The position numbers and the translations under genes were made by a program. Below, piece by piece: positions 30,903 through 40,634 of a DNA stretch of 64,000 nt. Source of the stretch: Candidatus Versatilivorator sp. (GTDB lineage Bacteria > Acidobacteriota > Terriglobia > Versatilivoradales > Versatilivoraceae). Positions within the stretch are counted from its first letter, which is position 1. The number at the start of each line of letters is the position of its first letter. Under the pieces are notes generated by a model. It ran no database searches. It saw only the letters and a program-made list of their open reading frames with translations, and was not told where the DNA came from. The stretch is from the NCBI GenBank assembly GCA_965207735.1, contig OZ242296.1, positions 3,264,001 through 3,328,000 on the forward strand, given 5' to 3'.

Positions 30903-32705
30903 ATGAATGACATGGATGCTCAAGACACAGTCAGGAATGCCGCCGTGCGCTATGAACCCGACGAGAAGCCGCCGGCATTGTTGTCCCTGGGCCTCGGACT
31001 GCAACTGGCCGTCCTCTGCGTTGCCGGAGTCGTACTGACTCCCGCCATCGTGATTCGGGTGGCCGGCGGAACCGAAGCCTTCCTCTCCTGGGCCGTGTTC
31101 GCCGCCTTGGCCGTCAGCGGGGTCACCACACTCATCCAGGCGGTACGGTTGGGTCGCATCGGCGCCGGCTACGTCTTGTTGATGGGAACCTCAGGTGCGT
31201 TCATCGCGGTCTGCATCACGGCCATCGCCGAAGGTGGGCCGGGGATGCTGGCCACGCTGGTGGTCGCCTCCTCGCTCTTCCAGTTCGGACTGGCCGCCCG
31301 GCTTTCGCTCTTCCGGCGAATCCTGACGCCGGCGGTGGCGGGAACCGTCATCATGCTGATTCCGGTGACGGTCATGCCCTTCATCTTCAAGATGCTGAAC
31401 GACGTGCCGGAAGGGACCCCGCTGAGCGCCTCCGGGATCTCCGCCCTGGTGACGCTGCTGGTCATCGCCGGCCTGGCGCTGAAGGCCCGCGACAAGCTGC
31501 GTCTATGGGCGCCGGTGGTCGGCGTTGTAGCCGGATCGGTGGTGGCCGGGTTCTACGGAATCTACGACACCAGGCTCATCGCCGAAGCGGCCTGGATCGG
31601 AATTCCCCCGGGCGGATGGCCGGGGTTGGATCTGAGCTTCGGACCCACCTTCTGGGCCCTGCTTCCGGGGTTCGTGTTCGTGACCCTGGTGGGCGCCATC
31701 GAAACCGTCGGGGACGCGGTCGCCATCCAGCGCGTCTCCCACCGGCGGGCCCAGGCCGTCGATTTCCGAGCCGTGCAGGGTGCGGTGGCTGCCGATGGAT
31801 TGGGGAACCTGCTGTCCGGTCTGGCGGGCACCGTACCGAACACCACCTATTCGAGCAGCGTATCGGTGACCGAGCTCACCGGGGTCGGAGCCCGCCGGGT
31901 CGGCATGGCGGTGGGCGCCGTGTTCATCGCGATGGCGTTTCTGCCCAAAGCGCCGGCGGTGCTGCTGGCGATTCCGGGGCCGGTCGCGGCCGCCTACATC
32001 ACCGTCCTGCTGGCGATGCTGTTTGTGATCGGCATGAGGATCGTGGTGCAGGACGGCATCGACTACCGCAAGGGGGTAGTGGCCGGGGTGGCTTTCTGGA
32101 TTGGCGTGGGTTTCCAGAACGGCGCGATATTCCCGGAGTATTTCAACGAATTCGCGGGCGGACTGCTGCAGAACGGGATGACGGCCGGCGGTCTGGCCGC
32201 CATTCTCATGACGATGTTCCTGGAGTTGACCCAGCCCCGCCGCAGACGGATGGAGACCGAGTGCCATCTGTCGGGCCTGCCGAAGATCCAGGAGTTCCTC
32301 AAGTCTTTCGCCGCGGAGAACGGCTGGGCGCAGGCGATGCGAAACCGGCTCGACGCGGCTGTCGAGGAAACCCTGGCGACGCTCTTCCATCGGGGTGATT
32401 CCGCTGAAACGCGAGAGCCGCGCCGACTGCAGCTGGTGGCTTTCAAGGAGAACGGCGGTGCTGTCCTGGAACTCATTGCCTCGAGCCGCGACGAGCAGAA
32501 TCTCCAGGATCGAATCGCCCTGCTGGGCCGATACGCCGAAGGCCCGGCGGTCGAACGGGAAATCTCGCTGCGGTTGCTCCGGCACGTCGCCTCCTCCATC
32601 CGTCACCAGCAGTACCACAACACCGACATTGTCACCATCCGCGTGAAGGCACCGCAGCCGGAGGCCGGCCAAACCTCCGAAAGCGGATCCGGCGAGGCCG
32701 AATAG
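30903..32705 (+). CDS. NCS2 (xanthine/uracil) permease with C-terminal RsbW/HATPase-like extension
   Basis: ETVGD, ADGLG, PNTTYS, ELTGVGARRVG NAT motifs; about 150-aa soluble tail. Confidence 0.85.
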   Translation: MNDMDAQDTVRNAAVRYEPDEKPPALLSLGLGLQLAVLCVAGVVLTPAIVIRVAGGTEAFLSWAVFAALAVSGVTTLIQAVRLGRIGAGYVLLMGTSGAFIAVCITAIAEGGPGMLATLVVASSLFQFGLAARLSLFRRILTPAVAGTVIMLIPVTVMPFIFKMLNDVPEGTPLSASGISALVTLLVIAGLALKARDKLRLWAPVVGVVAGSVVAGFYGIYDTRLIAEAAWIGIPPGGWPGLDLSFGPTFWALLPGFVFVTLVGAIETVGDAVAIQRVSHRRAQAVDFRAVQGAVAADGLGNLLSGLAGTVPNTTYSSSVSVTELTGVGARRVGMAVGAVFIAMAFLPKAPAVLLAIPGPVAAAYITVLLAMLFVIGMRIVVQDGIDYRKGVVAGVAFWIGVGFQNGAIFPEYFNEFAGGLLQNGMTAGGLAAILMTMFLELTQPRRRRMETECHLSGLPKIQEFLKSFAAENGWAQAMRNRLDAAVEETLATLFHRGDSAETREPRRLQLVAFKENGGAVLELIASSRDEQNLQDRIALLGRYAEGPAVEREISLRLLRHVASSIRHQQYHNTDIVTIRVKAPQPEAGQTSESGSGEAE

Positions 32706-32955
32706 CGGCTTGACGCCTGCCCCCCTCCGGCTCGACTGCGAGAGGTTCGACTGCGGGCTTCGCCCTGGCGAAGGCTGAAGCGGTGGGGGCAAAAAGCGGG
32801 CTGCCAAGCGTAGGACAAAGCTGTTACGGGTTTCAATAGCTGCGCCCTCCCGGAACTCACTGCCATGTCAAACAGCTGCAGCCAACTCTCGGACTCATAC
32901 CGATCCAAGGATTCCGATAGGCTACAAATCCAAATAAAGATGGTGGAGTACCCCC

Positions 32956-34347
32956 TTGGATCACAGAAGACCCCTTCAAGCCCCGGACTCAACTTCAGCG
33001 GGAGACAAGACGGTCCCGCCCCGGCCTGAACGCGGCAGCGAAACGCCTGTGTGGTACGTGGACGCGGTCGGTGCCTGGTGCGTTCTGGGTTACGCGGTGC
33101 TGGCCCTGCTGGCGCGGCAGCCGGGCGAGCCGCCGCTGCCGGCGTTCTTCCTGCTGGTCGCCTGGACCGGCCTGCCGGTGTTCGGCCTCTACCTGCACTT
33201 CCGCCGGCGAGAGGAGCCGTTCCCGGTCGGCCGCCTGATTTTCTGGGCAATAGCCTTCCGCATCTGCGGAATGGCGGGCGGCCCCTTCTACGAGGACGAC
33301 TTCTACCGCTATCTTTGGGACGGGTACCGGTTCGCCGCCACCGGCAGCCCCTACGGGCCGGCTCCAGAGACCTTTTTCGTCGACCCCGCCGTTCCTCCGG
33401 CCATGCAGTCCGTACTCAGCCGCATCAACTATCCGGAGCTGCCGACCATCTACGCCCCGGTGACCCAGGTCATCTTCCTGCTCGGCTACTGGTTGCAGCC
33501 GGGCAGCGTCGCCGTGCTGCAGGCGATCCTGATCGGGTTGGACCTGGCCCTGGTGCTGCTGCTGCTGCGCCTGGCGCCGACACGCAACGTGCTGCTCTAT
33601 GCCTGGTGTCCGCTGGTGATCAAGGAGATCGCCTTCACCGCCCACCCGGACGGCGCCGGCGCCTGCCTGCTGCTGGCGGCCGTGGTGCTTTCCCGGGACC
33701 GCCGCTGGCAGGTGGCGGCCGTCGCCCTGGGGCTGGCCGCGGGCGCCAAGGCGTTCGGGCTGGTGCTGGCGCCACTGGTGCTGGCCGGCGCCCGCTTGCG
33801 GCACTGGTTGCTGTTCGCCGCCACGGTGGCGGCTGTCTATGCGCCGTTCGCGTTTCGCGGCGGGAGCGAGATGACCTCGCTGCAGGTGTTTGCGCGGGAG
33901 TGGGAATTCAACTCGTGGCTGTTCGGGCTGCTGAAGACCGCGCTGCCGCCGTTTGAGGCCAGACTTGCCCTCGGATTTGCTTTTGCGGCATTCTGGGGCT
34001 GGTACCATGTCACGACGTTTCGGAGCCCCGCACGGGCTATCCCGAGGGGGGATTGGATCTTCGGCGGGCTGCTGGCGGTATCCCCGGTCATCAATCCCTG
34101 GTACCTGCTTTGGCTGTTGCCATTTGCGGCGGTATATCCGACCATTTGGGCCTGGACGGCCTCGCTGGCCGTGATGCTCAGCTACGTGACCGGGCTGAAC
34201 CTGCAGGACTACGCGATGCAGCCCTATGGGCAGCCCCAGTGGGTGCGCGGGCTTGAGTTCGGATTGATTCTGTGCGGGCTCGGCTGTGACCTGATCCGAC
34301 GCCGGTGGACCGGCCCCGGCAGTCAAGCCTGCCCCGCTCGCTACTGA
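32956..34347 (+). CDS. Polytopic membrane glycosyltransferase (GT-C, GT87-like)
   Basis: EDDFYRYLWDG, INYPELPTIYAP, YAWCPL, HPD, SPVINPWYLLW; start codon uncertain. Confidence 0.8.
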   Translation: MDHRRPLQAPDSTSAGDKTVPPRPERGSETPVWYVDAVGAWCVLGYAVLALLARQPGEPPLPAFFLLVAWTGLPVFGLYLHFRRREEPFPVGRLIFWAIAFRICGMAGGPFYEDDFYRYLWDGYRFAATGSPYGPAPETFFVDPAVPPAMQSVLSRINYPELPTIYAPVTQVIFLLGYWLQPGSVAVLQAILIGLDLALVLLLLRLAPTRNVLLYAWCPLVIKEIAFTAHPDGAGACLLLAAVVLSRDRRWQVAAVALGLAAGAKAFGLVLAPLVLAGARLRHWLLFAATVAAVYAPFAFRGGSEMTSLQVFAREWEFNSWLFGLLKTALPPFEARLALGFAFAAFWGWYHVTTFRSPARAIPRGDWIFGGLLAVSPVINPWYLLWLLPFAAVYPTIWAWTASLAVMLSYVTGLNLQDYAMQPYGQPQWVRGLEFGLILCGLGCDLIRRRWTGPGSQACPARY

Positions 34348-34417
34348 CCGCAGGCCAGGCAGGAAGGTCTGTGCGCCCGCGCGGCGATCCCGGTGCGCAA
34401 GAGGAGAATCAACGACC

Positions 34418-35287
34418 ATGAAGAGAATCGGGCATGAAACATCACCGGCACGCATGTGGCTACAGTGCAACCTGGCTTTGAGCCTTCTGGCCACCGCGAT
34501 TCTGGCCACGGGCTGCGCTCCCCCGCAGCCGGAACGGATCTCGGAATGGGATGTCAGTGACGAGTCCAATCTCGAGCCCATCGATCACGGCCCCTGGCAG
34601 GACATCCTGGACGGCTATGTCGATCCCGATCCCCAGAACGTGAATGTCCTCAACTATGCCGCACTGGCGGCCAGTTCCGACGACACGGCCAAGTTGGGCG
34701 GATACCTTGAGACCCTGGAGGGAATCGACCCTCGCGACTACCGCCGGGCGGAGCAGATGGCCTACTGGATCAACTTCTATAACGCACGCACCGTGAAGAT
34801 GGTTCTGGACTCCTATCCGGTGAATACGATCAGGGAGATCCACCAGGGCGACGTCCCAATGAAGGGACCCTGGGGCGACGTGTGCGCCAATGTCGCCGGC
34901 CGGAATCTGACCCTGGACCAGATAGAGCACGACATCCTTCGCCCCATCTGGCGGGACAAGCGAATTCACTACGCGGTGAACTGCGCTGCCTATAGCTGTC
35001 CGCAACTGATCGATACGGCCTTTACCGCCGCCAACACCGAATCGCTGCTCGAAGCGGGGGCGCGGGCCTACGTGAACAGTGCTCGGGGTGTCGACGTGGT
35101 CGACGATGAGTTCATCGTATTGTCGAGTATTTACAAGTGGTACCCTGAGGACTTCGGCAGTACCGAGGAGTCGGTGATCAAGCACCTCACCCAATACGCC
35201 GACGGCGAGTTGGCGGCGTTTCTGGAAGGGTTCGGGGGAACGATCGACTACGACTACGACTGGAAACTGAACCAGCCACAGCGCTGA
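34418..35287 (+). CDS. DUF547-domain lipoprotein
   Basis: Lipobox LATGC; AYWINFYNA, LDQIEHDILR, RIHYAVNCAAYSCP, LSSIYKWY, YDWKLN. Confidence 0.9.
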   Translation: MKRIGHETSPARMWLQCNLALSLLATAILATGCAPPQPERISEWDVSDESNLEPIDHGPWQDILDGYVDPDPQNVNVLNYAALAASSDDTAKLGGYLETLEGIDPRDYRRAEQMAYWINFYNARTVKMVLDSYPVNTIREIHQGDVPMKGPWGDVCANVAGRNLTLDQIEHDILRPIWRDKRIHYAVNCAAYSCPQLIDTAFTAANTESLLEAGARAYVNSARGVDVVDDEFIVLSSIYKWYPEDFGSTEESVIKHLTQYADGELAAFLEGFGGTIDYDYDWKLNQPQR

Positions 35288-35505
35288 GAACACACTTCAC
35301 ACATTTCGGCGGCAGACGCCAACCGCCGCTCCACCGTAATTACTTCGCGGATTCTCGTCGGCTGCGACCCAAAGCGTGCGCTCGCACCTCCGGCACCTGA
35401 TGACACGCCTGTTTGAAATCCGGCAAAATTTTTTTAGCAACCGTTCGGTTTTCGATTCTGAAACGTCTTTAAGGGATTTGAACGGTATAAGGAGAGAGTA
35501 AAGAC

Positions 35506-35880
35506 ATGAAGAGATTCCTTTTTGCAACCATCGTTTTCGCCGCGGGCGTCGGGCTGTTCCAACTCTGGGTCTCGGCCTCCGGCTCCATCGGACCAGGATC
35601 CGGCAAGGTGAGCCCGCGTGCGGCCTATTCGAAGGGCAAGGCTCTGACGTTCGACTTGCTGGTCTGCGATTCCTGCCCGATAAAGAAGGGCGAACTCAAT
35701 CGTGATCGCGCCAGGAGTCTCACGGCCAGCCTGGTAGCGGTCTACAACGGCAAGAAGACGGGATCGCCGGACGACGAAGCTGTGGCCGCGCTGTGCGGAA
35801 AAGGAGACGCGCAGGGCGAGGAATGCAAGATGAGGATGGAGGTAGTCCACTACTTCCTCACCCGGCGCTTCAAACTGTAG
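35506..35880 (+). CDS. Small secreted hypothetical protein with four Cys
   Basis: Signal peptide; RBS AAGGAG; CDSC plus two further Cys. Confidence 0.7.
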   Translation: MKRFLFATIVFAAGVGLFQLWVSASGSIGPGSGKVSPRAAYSKGKALTFDLLVCDSCPIKKGELNRDRARSLTASLVAVYNGKKTGSPDDEAVAALCGKGDAQGEECKMRMEVVHYFLTRRFKL

Positions 35881-35971
35881 CTCCGCATATCTCCCCGAGA
35901 GGCCGGATACGTTCAGGAAAGGCAGTTTATCTTCAGGATCTTGATTGGGCTCCAAGGGAGGTCCCCACCAA

Positions 35972-36922
35972 ATGCTCCGCAACAATCATTCGTTCGTAAC
36001 CGTTATCGTCGGCTTCGGGCTTGCCCTGTGCCTGTCCGCTCCTCCCGCTCACGCGCAGGGCACGCCCTGGCTCGCCGAGCCGGGGACCGGCACCGTCAAC
36101 ATTTCCTTCGTCAACCAGAACGCCACCGAGTTCTTCCGCCAGACCACCAAGGTAAAGGGACCGCTGGAGGCGACCGGGGCCAACCTGGCCCAGAACACCA
36201 TGTGGTTCGGGGTCAATTACGCCATCAGCGACGCGGTGGCCATCGACGTGCAATCCGCCTGGGCGCGGAGCTTCGTGGCAGGCGGAGTCGGGCCTTCCGG
36301 CGGCCAGGAGAGCTACAGCGGAATTTTCGATTCCACCGTCGCCGTCACCTGGCGGGTCGTGGATGAGCTCATCAGCGACGCGCCCAGCGTCGCCCTGCGG
36401 TTGGGCGCGATCATCCCCGGCAGCTACGACACCGGCTACATCAACTCGCTCGGGGACGGCGGCGCCGGGGTCGAGACCTCGCTGATTGTCGGCAAGTTCG
36501 GCAGCGTGGCAGGAGTCTCGGCGGAGATCGGCTACCGAAACCGGACCAGCACAGAGGTCAACACGCGGGCGGTGGGTGGCGCCGCGGCGGGTGGGGAAAA
36601 GGTCGACATCCCCGCGGACGTATTCCTGAATCTCGGCCTCTTCATCCCGGCCGGCGACAGTGTGACGGTCGGCGCCGACTATCGGATGGTCAAGGCCCTG
36701 TCCGGCATCGACATCGGCGGGCCGGGCTTTTCACCAAGTCGTTTTCCGGGGTTGCAGGAAGACGCGCACATCGTAGGCGGGCGGCTGATGGCCGACGTCA
36801 CCGACAACGTCAGCCTGAACGGTTTCGTCGGACGAGTGGTGGCGGGGCGAAACACGGCCGCCTCGCTGCTCATCAGCTTCGGCGCCAGCTTGTCCTTCGG
36901 CGGGGGCGGCGTGGGGTTCTAG
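35972..36922 (+). CDS. Hypothetical outer-membrane beta-barrel protein
   Basis: RBS AGGGAGG; signal peptide ending AHA; alternating amphipathic beta strands. Confidence 0.7.
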   Translation: MLRNNHSFVTVIVGFGLALCLSAPPAHAQGTPWLAEPGTGTVNISFVNQNATEFFRQTTKVKGPLEATGANLAQNTMWFGVNYAISDAVAIDVQSAWARSFVAGGVGPSGGQESYSGIFDSTVAVTWRVVDELISDAPSVALRLGAIIPGSYDTGYINSLGDGGAGVETSLIVGKFGSVAGVSAEIGYRNRTSTEVNTRAVGGAAAGGEKVDIPADVFLNLGLFIPAGDSVTVGADYRMVKALSGIDIGGPGFSPSRFPGLQEDAHIVGGRLMADVTDNVSLNGFVGRVVAGRNTAASLLISFGASLSFGGGGVGF

Positions 36923-37189
36923 CCCCGAATTCCGGGCCTGGGAAGCATTTTCAGGGAGAAACCTCCATATCGAGACCCATTGTGTGTCCTGAATAGGGAC
37001 AAAGATACTTCCATAGGCGGTTTCATCGTCGATTACAGGAATAGAATCCCACCTCCACCGGAGGCCCTTGCCAGCGTTCCAACTAGTAGCGCTCGCGGCG
37101 CCTATTCGCCCTCTATAGTTCCAATAGACTTCCCCAAGACCGGCCCCGTAGAGGCTCTACGCTCTCACGGGGCCAGTTGCGGCGAATGA

Positions 37190-38309
37190 CTAGCCCGCAT
37201 TTCTCACCAGGTCGCTGGTGCCGTGACGACAAGTAGTTTATCTTCAGTACGTTGATTGGCTCTATGGTAAGGGCTTGCGGGTAACAGACTGCGCTGGGCA
37301 TGCCTTGGCTTGTCTTTTCCCCTTCAGCGCGCACATGCTCCCTCGCGCGTAGTGACCGCTACGCTCTTCGGTCGCGAGCACGCCCTGAAGGGAAAAATCC
37401 TGCGCCATGTTCATGCCCCCTGGGTAGAGTCGAGGACTGGCGCGTTGACTATAGGGTCCGGTGGCTATTCCGTCGCTTTCGCTTCGGGCCTCAGTCCGGC
37501 TCCCTTATCACGTTTCCAGTCCCCGCTCTCCGAACCGGACGTGCGGTTTTCCCGCATCTCGGCTCTCCAGTGGGATCATGCGTCTCGCACACAGGTCCCC
37601 GCTCGCATCCGTGGACGACTCCTATGGGATTGGCACCCGTCCCCCACTCCATCCACTTCCGCTCCCGGGTTGCCGCCAGGCCTGTTGATGCCCTGACGAC
37701 GCCGTCCTCCTCCGACGACCCTTTCACTTTTGCATGTGATGCTTCCGGAGTCTCCGGCCCTTTTTTGGTCGGGGTTTCAGGCTTTCGCCACTCCCGGGAC
37801 CCTTCCCCCTTCGGTCACCGCTCCTCACCTGAGGCCCCTTCCCTCCACCGGTATTACCCAGCTTCTCCGGTACTACAGGCCTCTCCGCCACCCTGTCGGC
37901 CTAGACTGACTCTCGCGAGCTTCCGGTTCGGTGCGTGCCTCACCACCCACAGGGCTTCCCATGTTGCTGCCTTCTTCCCCTTCCATGCGTGCCAGCGCCA
38001 CTACCCCGGCGGGTCCAAAGGGGTGCCCGCGTCGCTCGCTTCCCCCTCCGTCTTCGGCCTTCCCCATTTCTCAGGTGGGTCGGCCCCCGCATTGCCCGTT
38101 TCGAGGCCTGCTCGACGTTCACTCGCGTTCCGGCCCGCATGCTCGCTGAACCGCCTTAGGCGGCCCTTTGACACCAGAGGGCTTCAGACCATATCGTTAC
38201 CTCCATGATCCGCCCTGGCTGCTACCAACCGGAGCGACAGTTGTTGGACGGGTTTCGCACCCGTTGGAGGAAGGCGCCTTTCCATGGCGCACTGAGAAAT
38301 GCGGGCTAG
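37190..38309. mobile_element. 251-bp MITE (copy 1) interrupted by a group II intron in its right TIR
   Basis: CTAGCCCGCATTTCTCACCAGG ... CCTGG|TGAGAAATGCGGGCTAG. 234+17 = 251 bp, equal in length and near-identical to the inverted copy at 46602-46852. Confidence 0.9.
37424..38292 (-). ncRNA. ORF-less group II intron (869 nt, probably IIB-type)
   Basis: 5' GTGCG; domain V GAGCCGAGATGCGGGAAAACCGCACGTCCGGTTC (37565-37532); domain VI ending CCAGTCCTCGACTCTAC; boundaries confirmed by the empty MITE copy. Confidence 0.92.
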
Positions 38310-39277
38310 CGGTAGATCGCGGGGCGTCGGGCCGAACCGGATCCGGTTCGTCGGCTGCGGGGACCTGAAAACGCAGCCAGGTGCACCACAACCTTGTCCA
38401 CCAGTAGAGCGCCGGCCACCAGGTTCTCGGCCACGCAGCCCAGATCCCGACCCAGCCCCAAGGCCGGGCGGTCATCGAACGACGCCTTGATGATGCTGTC
38501 GAGGAAGGATCGGGCCTGGGAAGCCCGCCCCGATGCCTTCCGGGAGACCGGGTGTTCGATGACGTCGACGGCGTAACTGCGGACGAGCCTGGGAAGCATC
38601 GAGGCGAAGGTGGCGGGCTGGTCGAACAGGTCCAGACCGACGCGCTCCTCGCCAACCATGAAGATGGCGCCCAACTGCCCGGGAAGCGATTTCACCGATT
38701 TGACGTATTGGTCGAGCGTCTCGGCATGGCGTTCGAAAATCGAGCTCATGGCTCCGCTGGGCGATTCCGCGTCCATGGCCGCGGCCTTGGCCGCGATGGA
38801 GTGCCAGACTTGGGCCTGGTCGGAATACCGTTTACCGGTCTCGGCCACCGAATGGAGCACGCTGGCCAGTCTCTCGGTCCTGCCGCGAGCGTACTGCACC
38901 CGCTCGGTCACGGCAAAATCGTCCCTTTCATAATCCCAGCGGCCGGCCTCCACGCAGGATACGGGAATGACCACGGTGTGGTGCGCCGGGACGAGCATGG
39001 TGAGATTGGCGACGCGATTCTGCTTGGCTCCCACCAGCTCTTCGCCGTCGAGGATCAGCACGGCCAGCTTGGATCGGTTCTCCACTGCAAGGTCGGGTAC
39101 GCTGCCGGCGCTCGATACCTCCTTGACGGTAACCAGGCCGTCCCGCAGGCCATCGGCCAGCATCAGGTAACGGAGCTTGCTGTGGAAATCCGACAGCAAC
39201 GGAAACATCGTCAGGCCTTTCCAGGATTGGGGATCTCCAAGCGTCAGACTGGCGAGGGCGGTTTTCAGTGGATTCAT
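38306..39277 (-). CDS. ARPP-1 / DUF6569-like domain protein
   Basis: EVSSAGSVPDL, LILDGEELVGAKQNRVAN, IPVSCVEAGRW, QAQVW, PRLVRSYA motifs. Confidence 0.75.
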   Translation of the reverse strand: MNPLKTALASLTLGDPQSWKGLTMFPLLSDFHSKLRYLMLADGLRDGLVTVKEVSSAGSVPDLAVENRSKLAVLILDGEELVGAKQNRVANLTMLVPAHHTVVIPVSCVEAGRWDYERDDFAVTERVQYARGRTERLASVLHSVAETGKRYSDQAQVWHSIAAKAAAMDAESPSGAMSSIFERHAETLDQYVKSVKSLPGQLGAIFMVGEERVGLDLFDQPATFASMLPRLVRSYAVDVIEHPVSRKASGRASQARSFLDSIIKASFDDRPALGLGRDLGCVAENLVAGALLVDKVVVHLAAFSGPRSRRTGSGSARRPAIYR

Positions 39278-39383
39278 GGGCGCCTCCTTGATATGGTCAG
39301 CAAAAAACAGTAAAGTGCATTATAAGGTGGAACAAGACAGTGGCAACAGTAAAAACCATTAATCATCATTAAAAGTCACTCGA

Positions 39384-40214
39384 ATGGCCTTTGACCGGGA
39401 AATGGAAAGCTACACAGCCTCGGAACTGCAGCGCGAGACCGGGTTCGATCGCAGAACCATCGCCTACTACGTGCACGAAGGGCTGCTACCCAAGGTGGGA
39501 CGGCGCGGGTCGCGAACCCGCTACCCCAAGCTGATCCGGGACCGGCTACTCTTCATTCGGGCGGTGAGGGAGGCGGAGCAGAGAGGAACAGTGGCGCCGG
39601 TCTCGCTGCGCGACCTGCGCAAGATTTTCGAGCAGACCCCGCCGGAGCTGATTTCGCGCATCGCGGACGGGCGGATCTCGGTGACCCCGGAAGTCGTCTC
39701 CGGGATAGCGCCCAGCATCCGTCCACTCGCACGGCGGCGGCAAGCCATAGAGAATCGATGGGGGCACGTGCGGAAAGACCGACCCAGGCCCCGGCTTCCC
39801 GCGAGGTTGGCCGAGTCAAGCATCTATGACCCCAGCCAAGCCGACCTCGAGTCGCCTGAGCCCCACGACTGGCCGGACACCGACTCCGTCGACAAACGGA
39901 ACCGCCGGACCACGGACGGAGACGCCCCGGACCTCGCGTACCAGCCGATGCCGGTTGACGATTCCGAACCCGGCTGGGAATCGGAACTCGGCGAAGTGCT
40001 GGCCGCGCTGCAGGAAATCGCGGACCAACGCGGGCAGCCGTCCCCCGCAATGGACCGCTGGCTTCAAGTAGAGGTTTCTCCAGACATAACTCTCTCAGTC
40101 CGGGGGGCGACCGACGAGGCAGCCCCTCTGCTGGAAAGAGCCGTCCACTGCCTGCGCCGCCTCATGCGCCGCCGCGCGGAAGCGGCGATGGATGAGGAGG
40201 AAGATGAGTCGTGA
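39384..40214 (+). CDS. MerR-like HTH transcriptional regulator
   Basis: YTASELQRETGFDRRTIAYYVHEGLLP...RY HTH; C-terminal W...EVSPDITLSVR motif; divergent from the ARPP-1 gene. Confidence 0.8.
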   Translation: MAFDREMESYTASELQRETGFDRRTIAYYVHEGLLPKVGRRGSRTRYPKLIRDRLLFIRAVREAEQRGTVAPVSLRDLRKIFEQTPPELISRIADGRISVTPEVVSGIAPSIRPLARRRQAIENRWGHVRKDRPRPRLPARLAESSIYDPSQADLESPEPHDWPDTDSVDKRNRRTTDGDAPDLAYQPMPVDDSEPGWESELGEVLAALQEIADQRGQPSPAMDRWLQVEVSPDITLSVRGATDEAAPLLERAVHCLRRLMRRRAEAAMDEEEDES

Positions 40215-40634
40215 GGGGTGTGAGGAGGGCCAGCGTGTTTCCCTGGGACGAATGGGTGTTCAACGTCGTTGGCGAAGTGGACCGGCTATCGGAGGCAGCG
40301 GGACCAGCACCCACATCTGCTCGCCGCGGACACTCGTCACTTCATAGCTGCCGATCTCTCTGCGCCGCAGGAGTCGCAGTCCTTACTTGTGGTCTTTCAA
40401 TAACACCAAACGCTATTTAACTTTAGAGCGTAAATTGCAATAACGAAGGCGTCGCCGCACATCCACCGGAGATCATCAAGATTGTGCCGACCCGGTCTTC
40501 CGACCTCCTACCAATTGAATGCTGTTGCGGTCATCCTGAAACATTCCGGACAAACCTCGTGCGGTCGAGACCGCACCCTCAGCTGTTCGTTTCACTCCCT
40601 TTTACTTTAGTGTCTAAATTACAAAATCGGCCTT

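Noticed and set aside
35506-35880. Possible c-type cytochrome
   Set aside because: The motif is CDSCP rather than CxxCH, so the axial His is missing.
37300-38208. 302-aa plus-strand ORF and other short ORFs across the intron
   Set aside because: Antisense to the intron RNA, with no RT (YADD) or other motif; a by-product of GC-rich structured sequence.
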